Below are positions 10,542 through 21,150 of a stretch of DNA of 64,000 nt, in pieces (position 1 is the stretch's first letter; the number at the start of each line of letters is the position of its first letter). The notes below the pieces were generated by a model. That model saw only the letters and a list, made by a program, of their open reading frames with translations, made no database searches and was not told the origin of the DNA. The position numbers were made by a program, and so were the translations under genes. Origin of the DNA: Anaeromyxobacteraceae bacterium (GTDB lineage: Bacteria > Myxococcota > Myxococcia > Myxococcales > Anaeromyxobacteraceae); NCBI GenBank assembly GCA_047602405.1, contig JASGHJ010000002.1, forward strand, positions 1,344,001 through 1,408,000, read 5' to 3'.

Positions 10542-10757
10542 CTACGCGCTCTTCGTGGTGTCCGACGCCGCCGGCGTGGAGGCCTGGGCGGGCGGCGTGG
10601 CGGCGGGCTTCTGCTCGTCGTCGCCGTTGAAGGACTTCTTGAAGCCGCGGATCGCCTGGCCGAGGCCGGCGCCGAGCTGGGGCAGCTTGCTCGAGCCGAA
10701 CAGCAGCACGATGATCGCGAAGATGAGCAGCAGCTCCGGCATCCTGAGACCGAACAT
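10542..10757 (-). CDS. tatA: Twin-arginine translocase subunit TatA/E
   Basis: ELLLIFAIIVLLFGSSKLPQLGAGLGQAIRGFK. Confidence 0.92.
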   Translation of the reverse strand: MFGLRMPELLLIFAIIVLLFGSSKLPQLGAGLGQAIRGFKKSFNGDDEQKPAATPPAQASTPAASDTTKSA

Positions 10758-10844
10758 TTTCTGACTCTCCGTAGGGCCCGAGTGGCCGGGCGGCGTCGTT
10801 ATAACACGGTGGGGCCGGGCTTTTCTTCCCGACTCACCGCTGCA

Positions 10845-11504
10845 TCATGCAGCGTTGTCTTCCATCGCGAGTGCGGCGAGGCGCCTCGGGTCCAGCACCT
10901 TCAACCCGCGGGTCGCGTCCAGCATCCCGTCGGACTCCAGGCGGGTCAGGCACCGCGAGAGGGTCTCCGGCCGCATCCCGAGCAGGCGCGCCACCACCTG
11001 CTTGCGCACCGCGTTGGGCCGGTCGGCCAGGAACCGGGCGTGCGCGAGGGCGAACCGCGCCACGCGGGACAGGCAGTCGCCCTGGCGCCAGTTCACCTCG
11101 TCGCGCTGCTGGCGAGACTCGGTGAGGAGGAGGTCGAGCACGACGCGCGCGGCGCTCTTCTCGGGCCCGACCCACTGCGAGAGCGCGTCGCCGGCGATGC
11201 CGCAGATCTTCACCCGCGAGAGCGCGCGGACCTCGAACGGCGACGCCTCGTCGTGCATCGCCTCGGTGCACAGGAGCGAGCTCGGTCCGCGGAGCGACAG
11301 GAGGAGCTCCGAGCCCTTCGGGCTCACGGACGAGAGCGAGACGAAGCCCTCCTTCACGAAGTAGACGGTGCGGGGACGCTCGCCCTGGGCGCAGATCGTC
11401 GACCCCGCCTCCCGGGTGGTGGGCGTGAGGCGGCAGCGCCCGCCCTGGGAGGCGATGCCCATCGAGCAGGCGTTGCAGTCGGTGACGGGTGCGTTCGAGA
11501 GCAA
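10845..11504 (-). CDS. Crp/Fnr-family transcriptional regulator with N-terminal Cys cluster
   Basis: CNAC...C...C N-terminus, cNMP-type fold (YFVKEGFV) and HTH (VARLLGMRPETLSR). Confidence 0.85.
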   Translation of the reverse strand: MLSNAPVTDCNACSMGIASQGGRCRLTPTTREAGSTICAQGERPRTVYFVKEGFVSLSSVSPKGSELLLSLRGPSSLLCTEAMHDEASPFEVRALSRVKICGIAGDALSQWVGPEKSAARVVLDLLLTESRQQRDEVNWRQGDCLSRVARFALAHARFLADRPNAVRKQVVARLLGMRPETLSRCLTRLESDGMLDATRGLKVLDPRRLAALAMEDNAA

Positions 11505-11533
11505 GGTCGGGCTCCTTCAGAGCAAGGCGCGTA

Positions 11534-11625
11534 TTGATCGCGTGCAGTTTGCATGAGCCACGCCCGCGAAAAGACGAGGGTTTCCCCTTGATCGGGTGCA
11601 GGGGTTGCGCCTTGGGCCAGATCAA
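11534..11625. promoter_or_regulatory. Fnr/Crp-box-like sites
   Basis: TTGATCGCGTGCAG (11534-11547), TTGATCGGGTGCAG (11588-11601) and TTGGGCCAGATCAA (11612-11625), compared with TTGAT-N4-ATCAA. Confidence 0.5.
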
Positions 11626-11747
11626 GCCGGGGAGGGCGCAACGTTTGCGAAAGGGGGCCCCTTCCGGAGCCATCATTTCGCGGCGCGACCGGGTCTCGGC
11701 ACCCACCGGGTGTCGGCGGCGAGGGCGCCGGGTTAGAACGGCGGACC

Positions 11748-13977
11748 ATGCTCGCCGCCCTCGTCCTCTCCGCCGCGCTCGCGGCGGACGCCCCGCCGAA
11801 CGCCGATCCCTACAACGCCCAGCTCGCCGCGACGTACGGCTTCCGCGCCGGCCGCCCGTACGCGGTCCAGCTCGCGCCGGACGGCAAGACGGCGTGGTTC
11901 CTCCGCTCGGGCCCCCGCTCGCGCGTGGCGACGCTGTTCGAGGTGGAGCTCGCGACCGGCGCGGTGAAGGAGCTCGTGACGCCGGACGCGCTCGGGGGCG
12001 TGAAGGACCCCACCGCCGCCGAGGCCGCCCGCATGGAGCGGACCCGCAGCATCGGCCGCGGCATCACCGGCTTCTTCCCGTCGCCCGACGGCGCGCGGCT
12101 CGGCATCGTCTCGGCGGGCAAGGTCTTCGGGTTCGCCCGGAAGACCGGCGCGCTCTCGCTGCTCGCCGACGGCGTGGTCGACCCGCGCTTCTCGCCCGAC
12201 GGGAAGCTGCTCGCCTACGTGAAGTCGAGGGACGTCTGGGTCCTCGACCTCGCGACCGGCAAGGAGCGGCGGCTGACGCGCGCGGTGGGCCCGAAGGTCT
12301 CGAACGGCCTCCCCGAGTTCGTCGCGCAGGAGGAGATGCACCGGTACGAGGGCTACTGGTGGTCGCCCGACTCGAGGCGGATCGCGTTCGAGGAGGTCGA
12401 CGAGGCGCCGGTCGACACCTGGACGCTCTGCGACCCGGCCCACCCGGAGCGGCCGTGCCAGGCGCTCGCGTACCCCGCCGCGGGCCGCCCGAACGCGCGC
12501 GTCCGGCTCGGCGTGGTGAAGGTGGCGGGCGGCTCGCCGACCTGGGTGCGGTGGGACGACGCCAGGTTCCCGTACCTCACGACGGTGCGGTGGCAGGCGG
12601 GCGGCCCCCTCGCGCTCCTCGTCATGGACCGGCGGCAGCGCGTCGAGCAGCTCCTCTCCGCCGACCCGGTGACCGGCGCGACGTCGCTCCTCCTCGAGGA
12701 GCGCGACGAGGACTGGCTCGTCCTCGACCAGGACTTCCCCGCCTTCCGCCGCGACGGCGCCTTCTACTGGCACACCGACCGGAACGGGGGCGAGGAGGTC
12801 GAGCTGCGCGCGGCCGACGGCGCGCTCGTGCGGAGCGTCGTGCCGCCGTCCGCCGGCTTCGACCGCCTCGCCGGCCACGACCGCGACGCGGACGTGCTCG
12901 CGTTCACGGCGTCGCCGGAGCCCACCCGCTCCGTCGTCATGGCGGTCCGCGCCGCCGGCGAGCCGTTCCTGGTGCCCCTCGGCGACGAACCGGCGAGCCG
13001 CACCGCGAAGCTCTCGGAGCGCGGCGGCGTGCTCGCGGTGACGCGCACGACCTCGCAGGAGCTCTCGCGCGCCGCGATCGTCGCCCTCGACGGGAAGAAG
13101 CTCGCCGACCTCCCCTCGGTGGCCGAGGAGCCGGCGTTCCCCTGGCGGTCGGAGCTCCTGCTCGTGGGCAAGGGCGACCCTGCGGTCGCGGACGGGCAGG
13201 GGCTCTGGACCGCGCTCGTCCTCCCCCGCGTGCCGCGGCCCGGCCCGCTGCCGGTCCTCGTCGACGTGTACGGCGGCCCGAGCGGTCCCTCGGCGGTCCA
13301 CGCGCCGATGCACCTCGCGCAGTGGTTCGCCGACCACGGGTTCGCGGTCGTGCGCGTCGACGGGCGGGGCACCGGGCGCCGCGGGCGCGCGTTCGAGCGC
13401 GCGATCCGGGGGTTCGGGCGCTCCATCCTGGACGATCAGAATCGCCGGCCTGCGCGGCGTCGCGGCGGCCCACCCGGGCCTGCTCGACCTCTCCCGGGTC
13501 GGGATCTTTGGCTGGTCGTTCGGCGGCTACACCGCCGCCCGCGCCGTGCTGGAGCGGCCGGACGTCTTCACGGCCGCGGTGGCGGGCGCGCCGGTCACCG
13601 ACTGGCGCGACTACGACACCTTCTACACCGAGCGTTACATGGGCCTGCCGGACGCCGACCGGGCGGCCTACGACGCGGCGTCGCTCCTGCCGATGGCGCC
13701 GAGGCTCTCCCGGCCGCTGCTCCTCATCCACGGCACCGCCGACGACAACGTCTGGTTCGCGAACTCGCTCAAGCTCGCCGACGCGCTCTTCCGCGCCGCG
13801 CGGCCCTTCGAGCTCCTGCCCGTCGGCGGCGCCACGCACATGGTCCCGGATCCGGTCGCCTCCCGCCGCGTCAAGGAGGCGGAGCTCGAGTTCTTCACGC
13901 GGCACCTCGCGCCCGCCCCGGCGCCCACGGCCGCCTTCGGGAAGCCGCGCGAGGGCGCGAGCGCGTCAACGAACTGA
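11748..13977 (+). CDS. Dipeptidyl-peptidase IV-like S9B peptidase, secreted; apparent frameshift at 13439-13443
   Basis: Signal peptide, propeller motifs (FSPDGK, WWSPDS), VYGGP. Correcting GAATC to GATC gives DDQIAGL...GIFGWSFGGY, HGTADDNV and the catalytic His (GATHM). Confidence 0.9.
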
Positions 13978-14051
13978 CGCGGCCCCGCGCAACCCCGCGA
14001 CGCGGCTCGGGGCTGCTCCCCGGCACCCCGCTTGCTCCCGGGAAGGCCGGG

Positions 14052-15426
14052 ATGGCGCGCCTGACGCTCTGCCTGATCGCGAGGGACGAGGAGCGCCTGC
14101 TCCCCGGCTGCCTCGCGTCGGTCGCCGGCGTGGCCGACGAGGTGGTGCTCGTCGACACGGGCTCCTCCGACCGCACCCGGGAGCTCGCCCGCGCCGCGGG
14201 GGCGAGGGTGCTCGAGCGCCCCTGGGACGACGACTTCGCCGCGCCCCGCAACCTCGCCGCCCGGGCCGCCTCGGGGGAGTGGCTGCTCGTCCTCGACGCG
14301 GACGAGCGGCTCGCGCCCGGCGCGGGCCCGGCCCTCGCCGCGGCGATGGCCCGGCGCGACCTCGACCTCGGCATGGTGCGGCTCCACAACGCCTCGCGCG
14401 AGGACGCCGCGCCGGCGGAGATCCTCTCCGGCCTCGCGCGGCAGGGCCCCCCGGCGCTCCTGCCCCGGCTCGTGAGGAACGCCGGGGAGCCGACCTGGCG
14501 CGGCGCGATCCACGAGAGCCTCGCGGAGTGGCTCTTCGCCCGTGGCGACCGGCGCGCCGAGGTCCCGGTGGACGTCCTGCACCTCGGCTACGCGCCCGGC
14601 CTCGTCCAGGGGCGCGGCAAGCGCGAGCGGAACGTGCAGCTCCTCCGGCGACGCTGCGCGGCCGAGCCGGACGACGTGACGCCGCGGGGCTACCTCGCCC
14701 TCGAGCTCCTCGCGGCCGGCCGGCCGGAGGAGGCCTGGGGGGTGACGGAGGAGGGCTGGAGCCTCCTGCCGCGGCAGCCGGCCCACCGGGACCTCTCCCG
14801 GCTCGCGATCGCGCGCGGGCTCCTCGCCCTGCGCCGCCCGGACCCCGCGGCGGCCCGCGAGGCGGCGGACCGGGCCGAGGCGCGGACCGGCCCCCACCCC
14901 GACCTCGACCACCTCCGCGGCTTCGCGCTCGAGAATCGAGGCCGTCGCCGCGCGCCCGCGCTCGCCCGAGCGCGCGGCGTTGCTCGGGCGGGCCGAGGCC
15001 GCCCTCCGCGCGGCCCTCGCGCGGCTGCGGGCGGGCGCTGCGTTCGAGGTCCTCCTCGCCGCCTCCGAGGCCGGCACCGGGGGCCGCCTCGGCGCGGTCC
15101 TGCTCCTCGCGGGGCGGCCGCGGGACGCGCTCGCGGCCTTCGCGGAGGCGCTCCGGGCGGAGCCGGGGAGCGCCGCGGCGCGCGCCGGGGCGGCGGAGGC
15201 GCTCCTCGAGCTCGGCCAGCCGGCGAAGGCGCTCGAGACGGTGGAGGCGGCGCTCGGCGAGGCGCCGGACGGCTGGATCGTCGCGGCCGCCGCGGCCCAC
15301 GCGCTGGGCGCTGCGGCGGAGGCGCGCGCGTTCCTCGCCGAGGCGGCGCGGCGGAGCGGGATCGGGTTCGACTGCGTGCACCGGCGGGCCCGGCAGGCCG
15401 CCCTCGAGGCCGCGCTCGGCGCTTGA
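14052..15426 (+). CDS. Family 2 glycosyltransferase with TPR-like C-terminus; apparent frameshift at 14933-14937
   Basis: LCLIARDEE, VDTGSSDRT, WDDDFAAPRN, LDADE, GAIHE, HLGY. Correcting GAATC joins the TPR-like ORF 14980-15426. Confidence 0.85.
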
Positions 15427-15480
15427 CCCGGGCCGCCGCCGGACGTACTCCCCGGGCGTCCCCCGTCCCGGAGGCGCCCC

Positions 15481-16639
15481 ATGGCCCGTCCCTTCGCGCC
15501 CGCCGCGCTCGTCGCCCTCGCCGCCCTCGCCGCCTGCGGCGGCGGCGACGCGAAGCCCGGCGGCGACGGCAAGCTCGCCGTGCTCTTCCGCGTGCACGCG
15601 CCGCCGGCCACCCCGGCCGGCGCGACGCTCACCCTCGCCGGCGACTTCAACGGGTGGGATCCCGCCGCGCCGGGCTACGCGCTCGCCGAGGTGTCGCCGG
15701 GCACCCACGAGCTCAGCCTCCGGTTCGCGAAGGGCACGTCCATCGCGTTCAAGGTCACCCGCGGCAGCTGGGCCACCGTCGAGAAGGGCGGGCGCTTCGA
15801 GGAGGTCCAGAACCGGACCTTCGAGATCGTCAGCGACACGACGCTCGACGTCGCGGTGGGCGGGTGGGCGGACCAGCCGCCGGTGGTGGGCGACGTCACG
15901 ACCCTCGCCGTGCCGGGCTTCCTGGGCGGGCGCCAGGTCTGGGTCTACCTCCCGCCGGGCTACGCGACGTCGACCGCCCGCTACCCCGTGCTCTACCTGC
16001 TCGACGGGCAGAACGTCTTCGACGCCCGGACCTCCTTCGCGGGCGAGTGGCGGGTCGACGAGGCGCTCGAGGCGCTCATCCCGGCCGGCGAGGTGGTTCC
16101 CCTCGTCGTCGTCGCGGTCGAGAACGGCGGGGGGAAGCGCATCGCCGAGTACACGCCCTGGCCGGACCCGGACTACCCGGAGGGCGGCGGCGCCGGCGCG
16201 CACCTCACCGCCATCGCCGACGTGCTCGTGCCGTGGGTGGACGCGACCTACCGGACGGTGACGGCGCCGGCGGCGCGCGGCCTCGGCGGGTCCTCGCTCG
16301 GCGGGCTGTTCACGGTGTACGGGCTCCTCGCGCGCCCCGACGTCTTCGGCCGGGGCATGGCGATGTCGTCCTCGATTCTGGTGGGACGGGCGGGAGCTCC
16401 TCGCCTACGTGAACGCGGGGACGAAGCCGGCGGGGGCGCGGCTCTGGACCGACATGGGCGCCGCCGAGTGCAGCGCGTGCATCGGAGACCTGCGGGACCT
16501 CCGGGACGCGCTCGTGGCGAAGGGCTTCGTGCTCGGGGACGATTCCACGGCGGTCGAGGCGCCGGGGGCCTCGCACAACGAGGCGGCCTGGTCCGCCCGG
16601 TTCCCCGACGCGGTGCGCTGGCTTTTCCCGCCGCCGTAG
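15481..16639 (+). CDS. Lipoprotein with CBM20/CBM48-like domain and alpha/beta-hydrolase (esterase) domain; apparent frameshift at 16374-16378
   Basis: Lipobox LAAC, LAGDFNGWDP, FKVTRGSW, YPVLYLLDGQN, GGSSLGG. Correction gives SSSIWWDG...HNEAAWSARF. Confidence 0.82.
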
Positions 16640-16671
16640 CGGGCGGGCGGCCACGGCGGAAAAAGAAACAG

Positions 16672-16698
16672 CGGGGCGGCCCTCTCGGACCGCCCCGC
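16672..16698. terminator. Hairpin between convergent genes
   Basis: CGGGGCGG...CCGCCCCG stem. The adjacent A-rich tract reads as a U-rich tract on the minus strand. Confidence 0.55.
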
Positions 16699-16718
16699 CG
16701 ACCACCCGGTGAGATCGA

Positions 16719-17102
16719 TCAACGCGCCGCGCCTGCGAGCGAGGTCACCGCCTTCTCGAATGCGTCGGCGATGGGTGCGAAGGCCCGCTCCGCATCGCGT
16801 GCGGCCCGAACGTCACGGGAGAGCACCGCGGTGTTGAGGCGGAAGCACACGAAGCGGTACACCTCGGCGAGCTGGTCACACAGCTCGGGGGCCCTGGAGC
16901 GGTCGAGCGTCGCGTGGAGCTCGACGACGATGTCCGTGGCCTTTCCGAGGGCGCGTCCCGCCTCTCCGGACTTGCCGTCCTCCAGGAACGTGGCGCCGTT
17001 GCGGATGTTGCGCAGCGCAGCCTGGAAGAGGAGCACCATCAGGCGCTCCGGAGATGCGGTCTCGCGCTCGGCCTGCGAGTACCTTCTGGCGAACGGGTTC
17101 AT
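16719..17102 (-). CDS. fliS: Flagellin chaperone FliS
   Basis: ETASPERLMVLLF, KATDIVVELHATLD, LAEVYRF. Lies downstream of a flagellin. Confidence 0.92.
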   Translation of the reverse strand: MNPFARRYSQAERETASPERLMVLLFQAALRNIRNGATFLEDGKSGEAGRALGKATDIVVELHATLDRSRAPELCDQLAEVYRFVCFRLNTAVLSRDVRAARDAERAFAPIADAFEKAVTSLAGAAR

Positions 17103-17197
17103 GATCCCACCTGGTCGTCTACTTGCTCGGTCCCTCGCCGCCCGTCACCGGGAGGCGCTGGACCCTCGGACTGCACTGCGTTTCTCGGCTTTCGGAG

Positions 17198-17229
17198 GCC
17201 GCCCCGGGGCGGTCAGGCCCCGGGGCGGC
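17198..17229 (-). terminator. Hairpin after flagellin 2
   Basis: GCCGCCCCGGGGC...GCCCCGGGGCGGC inverted repeat. Confidence 0.55.
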
Positions 17230-17250
17230 TTTCCGGTCACTCAACCTCGG

Positions 17251-18088
17251 TTACTGGCCGAGGAGCTTGAGCGCGAGCTGCGGCTGCTGGTTCGCCTGGG
17301 CGAGGATCGACACGCCGGACTGGGCGAGGATCTGGGAGCGCGACATGCGGCTCGTCTCCTCCGCGATGTCGACGTCCTTGATGCGGGAGTTCGCGGCGGA
17401 CAGCGACTCCGAGAACGCCTGGATGTTCCGGATTCGAGCTCTCGAGGCGGTTGCCGGCGGCGCCCAGGGAGGCGCGGGCGTTCGAGATGGCGGCGAGGGC
17501 GGCGTCGATGGTCGACAGGGCGGCCGAGGCGGTCGCCTTCCCGGCGAGGGAGAGGCCGGTCACGCCGAGGCCGCCGCCCGTCGCCGTCGTCGCGTTGACC
17601 GACGTGAAGCTGATCTTGTCGTTCGCCGAGTTCGCGATGCCGACCTGGAAGTCGAAGGTCGTGCCGGCCGAGGTGAGGAGCTTCGTGCCGTTGTACTCGG
17701 TGGTCTGCGCGATGCGCTCGAGCTCGTCGACGAGCGCGGTCGCCTCCTGCTGGACGTAGCCGCGCTCGGTGTTGCCGATGCCGTCGGAGGCGGACTGCAT
17801 CGCGAGCTCGCGGAGGCGGGTCAGGATGTTGGCCGACTCGCTGAGCGCGGCCTCGGTCGACTGGATGACCGAGAGACCGTCGTTGGCGTTGCGGCCGGCC
17901 TGCGTGTAGCTGCGGATCTGCGCCTCGAGCTTCGTCGAGATGCCGAGGCCGGCGGCGTCGTCGCCGGCCTTCGTGATCCGGTAGCCCGACGACAGCCGGG
18001 ACATCGAGCTGTCGAGGGAGGACTGGGTGCTGCCGAGGTTGCGCTGCGCGTTCAGCGAAGCGATGTTGGTGCGGATCGACAGGGACAT
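17251..18088 (-). CDS. fliC: Flagellin 2 (~278 aa); apparent frameshift at 17431-17435
   Basis: [18 protein letters not shown]...RLSSGYRI. The paralog reads GGATCG where this copy reads GGATTCG; correction restores the ...[14 protein letters not shown] terminus. Confidence 0.95.
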
Positions 18089-18234
18089 GGCGCTTTTCCT
18101 TTAGTTTCGGGCGATGCTCTCGGTCGCCCTTCTCGTGATGTTGTTCGTCACGGTCTCGCGGGTTCTTCAGAGGGCCGGAACTGCCGGGTTACCCACCTCC
18201 GCGCCCGGCAGGAGTTGCCGGGCGACCCCCACCT

Positions 18235-18262
18235 TCATCGGCGGTACGCGTCGGAGGCCCTG
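18235..18262 (-). promoter_or_regulatory. Possible sigma28 promoter of flagellin 2
   Basis: Minus-strand -10 element GCCGATGA; the -35 element is weak. Confidence 0.4.
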
Positions 18263-18510
18263 CGCGAGCGGGCGGCCTGGTTCACGGCACCGGCGAGCCG
18301 GTCGAGCTCGGCCCGGGCGAGCGCCTCGCAGCGCGCGTGCGCGGCGCGCAGCGCCTCGAGGGCGGCGGGGGAGGGCGGCCTGCCCGCGGCGGCGAGGGCC
18401 TGGCAGGCGGCGGCGCCGGCGGCGGTGGCCGTGGCGGCGGCCTCGGCGTCCCCGCGGCGGAGCGCCGCCTCGGCGGCGGTGAGGGCCTCGGCCAGGGCGG
18501 CGGCGCTCAT
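18235..18510 (-). CDS. Small helical protein, FliT-like by position
   Basis: 91-aa Ala-rich helical ORF after fliD and fliS, ending ...SRRASDAYRR. ATGA overlap with the upstream gene. Confidence 0.5.
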   Translation of the reverse strand: MSAAALAEALTAAEAALRRGDAEAAATATAAGAAACQALAAAGRPPSPAALEALRAAHARCEALARAELDRLAGAVNQAARSRRASDAYRR

Positions 18511-18899
18511 GACCGCCGCCTCCGCTCGACGGCCTCGCGGAGGTCGAGGGCACCCGCCGCGGCCTGGAACGCCGCGGCGATCGGCCCGAAGGTCTGCTCC
18601 GCCTCCCGGGCGGCGTCCGCGTCGTGCAGCAGGGCCGCGTCGTTCAGGCGCTGGCAGACCCGGCGGTAGATCGGGGCGAGCGCCGCCGACAGCTCCGGCG
18701 AGCCCTCGCGGTCGAGCGCCGTGTGCAGGTCGACGATGATCCGGGCCGCCTCGCGCAGCGACGCGCCCGCGGCGGCGGGGTGGCCCGCCTCCATCGCGGA
18801 CGCACCCGCGCGGATGTGGCCGAGGGCGGTCTCGAGGAGCAGCGCGGCGAGGCGCGAGGGGCTCGGGTCGCCTGCGGGGCCGTCGGGGGGCGAGGTCAC
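18507..18899 (-). CDS. fliS: FliS-like flagellar chaperone (second copy)
   Basis: PSRLAALLLE, ARIIVDLHTALDRE, LAPIYRRV; similar to 16719-17102. GTGA overlap with the fliD stop. Confidence 0.8.
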   Translation of the reverse strand: MTSPPDGPAGDPSPSRLAALLLETALGHIRAGASAMEAGHPAAAGASLREAARIIVDLHTALDREGSPELSAALAPIYRRVCQRLNDAALLHDADAAREAEQTFGPIAAAFQAAAGALDLREAVERRRRS

Positions 18900-20245
18900 T
18901 TGCCGGAGGACGACGACATCGAGGAGAGGAAGGTGCCCATGCTCTTCAGGTTCGAGACGGTGTTCTCCATCGCCGCGAACTGCTTCTCGAGGGTGAGGCG
19001 GAAGCTGTTGATGTGCAGCTGGATCCGCGCCGCCTGCTCGTCGAGGGAGGTGATGGTCCTGTTGATCCCGGTCTGGCGGTTGACGAGGAGGCCGTCGCCC
19101 GTCCGCGTCTGCGCGGTCACGAGCGCGCCGACGACGTCGGCGAGCCCGGTGTCCTTCGTCGAGAACAGGGCGTTCACCGCCGCGGGGTTGCGCTCGAGCG
19201 CCTTCGAGAGGACGGTCGAGTCGACGCTGAGCTGGCCGTCCTTGCCGGTCTTCACCCCCAGGTCGGCGAGCGTGCGGACGTCGCCGCTCGAGCCGACGGA
19301 GGTGGCCACCAGCGCCTGGAGCTTCGCCTGCAGGGTGCGGACGGTGCTGTCGCCCGCCAGGGTCTTCGTGCGGTCGGTGTCCTTGTCCGGCGTGAGCTGC
19401 TTCTGGACGATCGTGGTGACGGCGTTGTAGGCGTCCACGAACTTCTGGAGCCGGGCCTTCGTCGCCTCGTTGTCGGTCGAGACGACGAGGTCCTCCGCGG
19501 CGCCGCCCTCCTTCTTGAGCGTGAGGGTGGTGCCGGGGATGGCGTCGGAGATGGTGTTGGTCCGGCGCGCGAAGGTGATGTTGTCGACCTTCACGGACGC
19601 GTTCACCGCGGCCTGGACCTGGGCGAGCGCGGGGAGCTTGTTCGTCGAGGTGCCGGTGGGGGTGAAGGTGAGCCCGAGCGCGTCGGCGGCCACGCCGGTC
19701 GTGGGGTAGCCGGTGTCGCGGGCGGTGACGGAGAGGTAGCGGTTCGTGCCGTCGTTGAGGACGACCGCGGAGACCGGGGCGCCGCTCTGGCGGATGAGGA
19801 AGGCGGCGTCCTCGAGGCTCGTGCCGTCGGGGATGACCACCGCGTAGGGGTCGTGATCCGGGACGGTGAGGGTGAAGGTGCCGGCGGCGACCGTGTCGGC
19901 GCTCGCGAACGCGGCGCTCTGGAACTTGGCGGCCTTGGCGAGGGTGAGCACCTGCACCGCGTACCGGCCGGCCACCGTCGAGGAGCCCGGCGCCGCGGTG
20001 AAGACGGTGTTCTCGGAGGAGGACTTCGCGGCCAGGACCCCGTTCGTGTCGAGGTCCTCCGCGGCGGTCTTCAGCGCGGTGAGCTTCGAGATGATCTGGC
20101 CGATCAGGGAGAGCTGGGTCTTGAGGCCGCTCTGCTGCGTCGCGATGTGGGTGAGCGGCTGCGACTCGAGCTGCACGAGCTTGTCGACGATGGACGCCGT
20201 GTCCATGCCGGACGCGAGCCCGCTGACCGAGAACGTGCCTGCCAT
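18896..20245 (-). CDS. fliD: Flagellar filament cap protein FliD
   Basis: SGLASGMDTASIVDKLV, FVDAYN, QFAAMENTVSNL. Confidence 0.95.
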   Translation of the reverse strand: MAGTFSVSGLASGMDTASIVDKLVQLESQPLTHIATQQSGLKTQLSLIGQIISKLTALKTAAEDLDTNGVLAAKSSSENTVFTAAPGSSTVAGRYAVQVLTLAKAAKFQSAAFASADTVAAGTFTLTVPDHDPYAVVIPDGTSLEDAAFLIRQSGAPVSAVVLNDGTNRYLSVTARDTGYPTTGVAADALGLTFTPTGTSTNKLPALAQVQAAVNASVKVDNITFARRTNTISDAIPGTTLTLKKEGGAAEDLVVSTDNEATKARLQKFVDAYNAVTTIVQKQLTPDKDTDRTKTLAGDSTVRTLQAKLQALVATSVGSSGDVRTLADLGVKTGKDGQLSVDSTVLSKALERNPAAVNALFSTKDTGLADVVGALVTAQTRTGDGLLVNRQTGINRTITSLDEQAARIQLHINSFRLTLEKQFAAMENTVSNLKSMGTFLSSMSSSSGK

Positions 20246-20269
20246 CTCTCTCTCTCCCTTCGGCTCCGT

Positions 20270-20298
20270 CCGTCCCCCGGCGAGATGCCGGGGGACGG
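20270..20298 (-). terminator. Hairpin between fliC and fliD
   Basis: CCGTCCCCCGGC-GAGAT-GCCGGGGACGG. Confidence 0.5.
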
Positions 20299-20319
20299 CG
20301 GAGGTGATTCACGCCACGC

Positions 20320-21150
20320 TTACCCGAGGAGCTTCAGGGCGAGCTGCGGCTGCTGGTTGGCCTGCGCCAGCACGGACACGCCGGACTGGGCGAGGATCTG
20401 GGCGCGCGACATGCGGCTCGTCTCCTCCGCGATGTCGACGTCCTTGATGCGGGAGTTCGCGGCGGACAGCGACTCCGCGAACGCCTGGATGTTCCGGATC
20501 GAGCTCTCGAGCCGGTTGCCGGCGGCGCCGAGCGTCGAGCGCGCGTTCGACACGGACGCGAGCGCGGCGTCGATGGTCTGCAGCGCGCCCTGGGCCGAGG
20601 CCTTGGAGGCGAGCGAGAGGCCGGTCACGCCGAGGCCGGTGCCGGTCGCGGTGGTCGCGTTCACGGACGTGAACGTGATCTTGTCGTTCGTCGAGTTCGC
20701 GATGCCGACCTGGAAGTCCAGGGTCTGGCCGCCGGTGAGGAGCTTCGTGCCGTTGTACTCGGTGACCTGGGCGATGCGCTCGAGCTCGTCGACGAGCGAG
20801 GTGGCCTCCTGCTGGACGTAGCCGCGCTCGGTGTTGCCGATGCCGTCCGAGGCGGACTGCATCGCGAGCTCGCGGAGGCGGGTCAGGATGTTGGCCGACT
20901 CGTTGAGCGCGGACTCGGTCGACTGGATGACCGAGAGGCCGTCGTTGGCGTTGCGGGACGCCTGCGCGTAGCTGCGGATCTGCGACTCGAGCTTCGTCGA
21001 GATGCCGAGGCCGGCGGCGTCGTCGCCCGCCTTCGTGATGCGGTAGCCCGACGAGAGGCGCGACATGGAGCTGTCCAGCGTGCCCTGAGTCGAGCTCAGG
21101 TTCCGCTGCGCGTTCAGGGACGCGATGTTGGTACGGATCGACAGGGACAT
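20320..21150 (-). CDS. fliC: Flagellin 1 (276 aa)
   Basis: Canonical flagellin N- and C-terminal domains, AAGGAG RBS. Confidence 0.97.
   Translation of the reverse strand: MSLSIRTNIASLNAQRNLSSTQGTLDSSMSRLSSGYRITKAGDDAAGLGISTKLESQIRSYAQASRNANDGLSVIQSTESALNESANILTRLRELAMQSASDGIGNTERGYVQQEATSLVDELERIAQVTEYNGTKLLTGGQTLDFQVGIANSTNDKITFTSVNATTATGTGLGVTGLSLASKASAQGALQTIDAALASVSNARSTLGAAGNRLESSIRNIQAFAESLSAANSRIKDVDIAEETSRMSRAQILAQSGVSVLAQANQQPQLALKLLG

Noticed and set aside
11489..16412. Giant 1554- and 1590-aa ORFs as multidomain fusion proteins
   Set aside because: These arise from frameshifts and the scarcity of stop codons in high-GC DNA. The region resolves into three ordinary genes.
18089..18235. 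c-di-GMP riboswitch in the fliC2 leader
   Set aside because: The GEMM consensus elements (GGCAAAC, GNRA loop and receptor, GCAAAG) are not recognisable. Reported only as an unknown structured leader.
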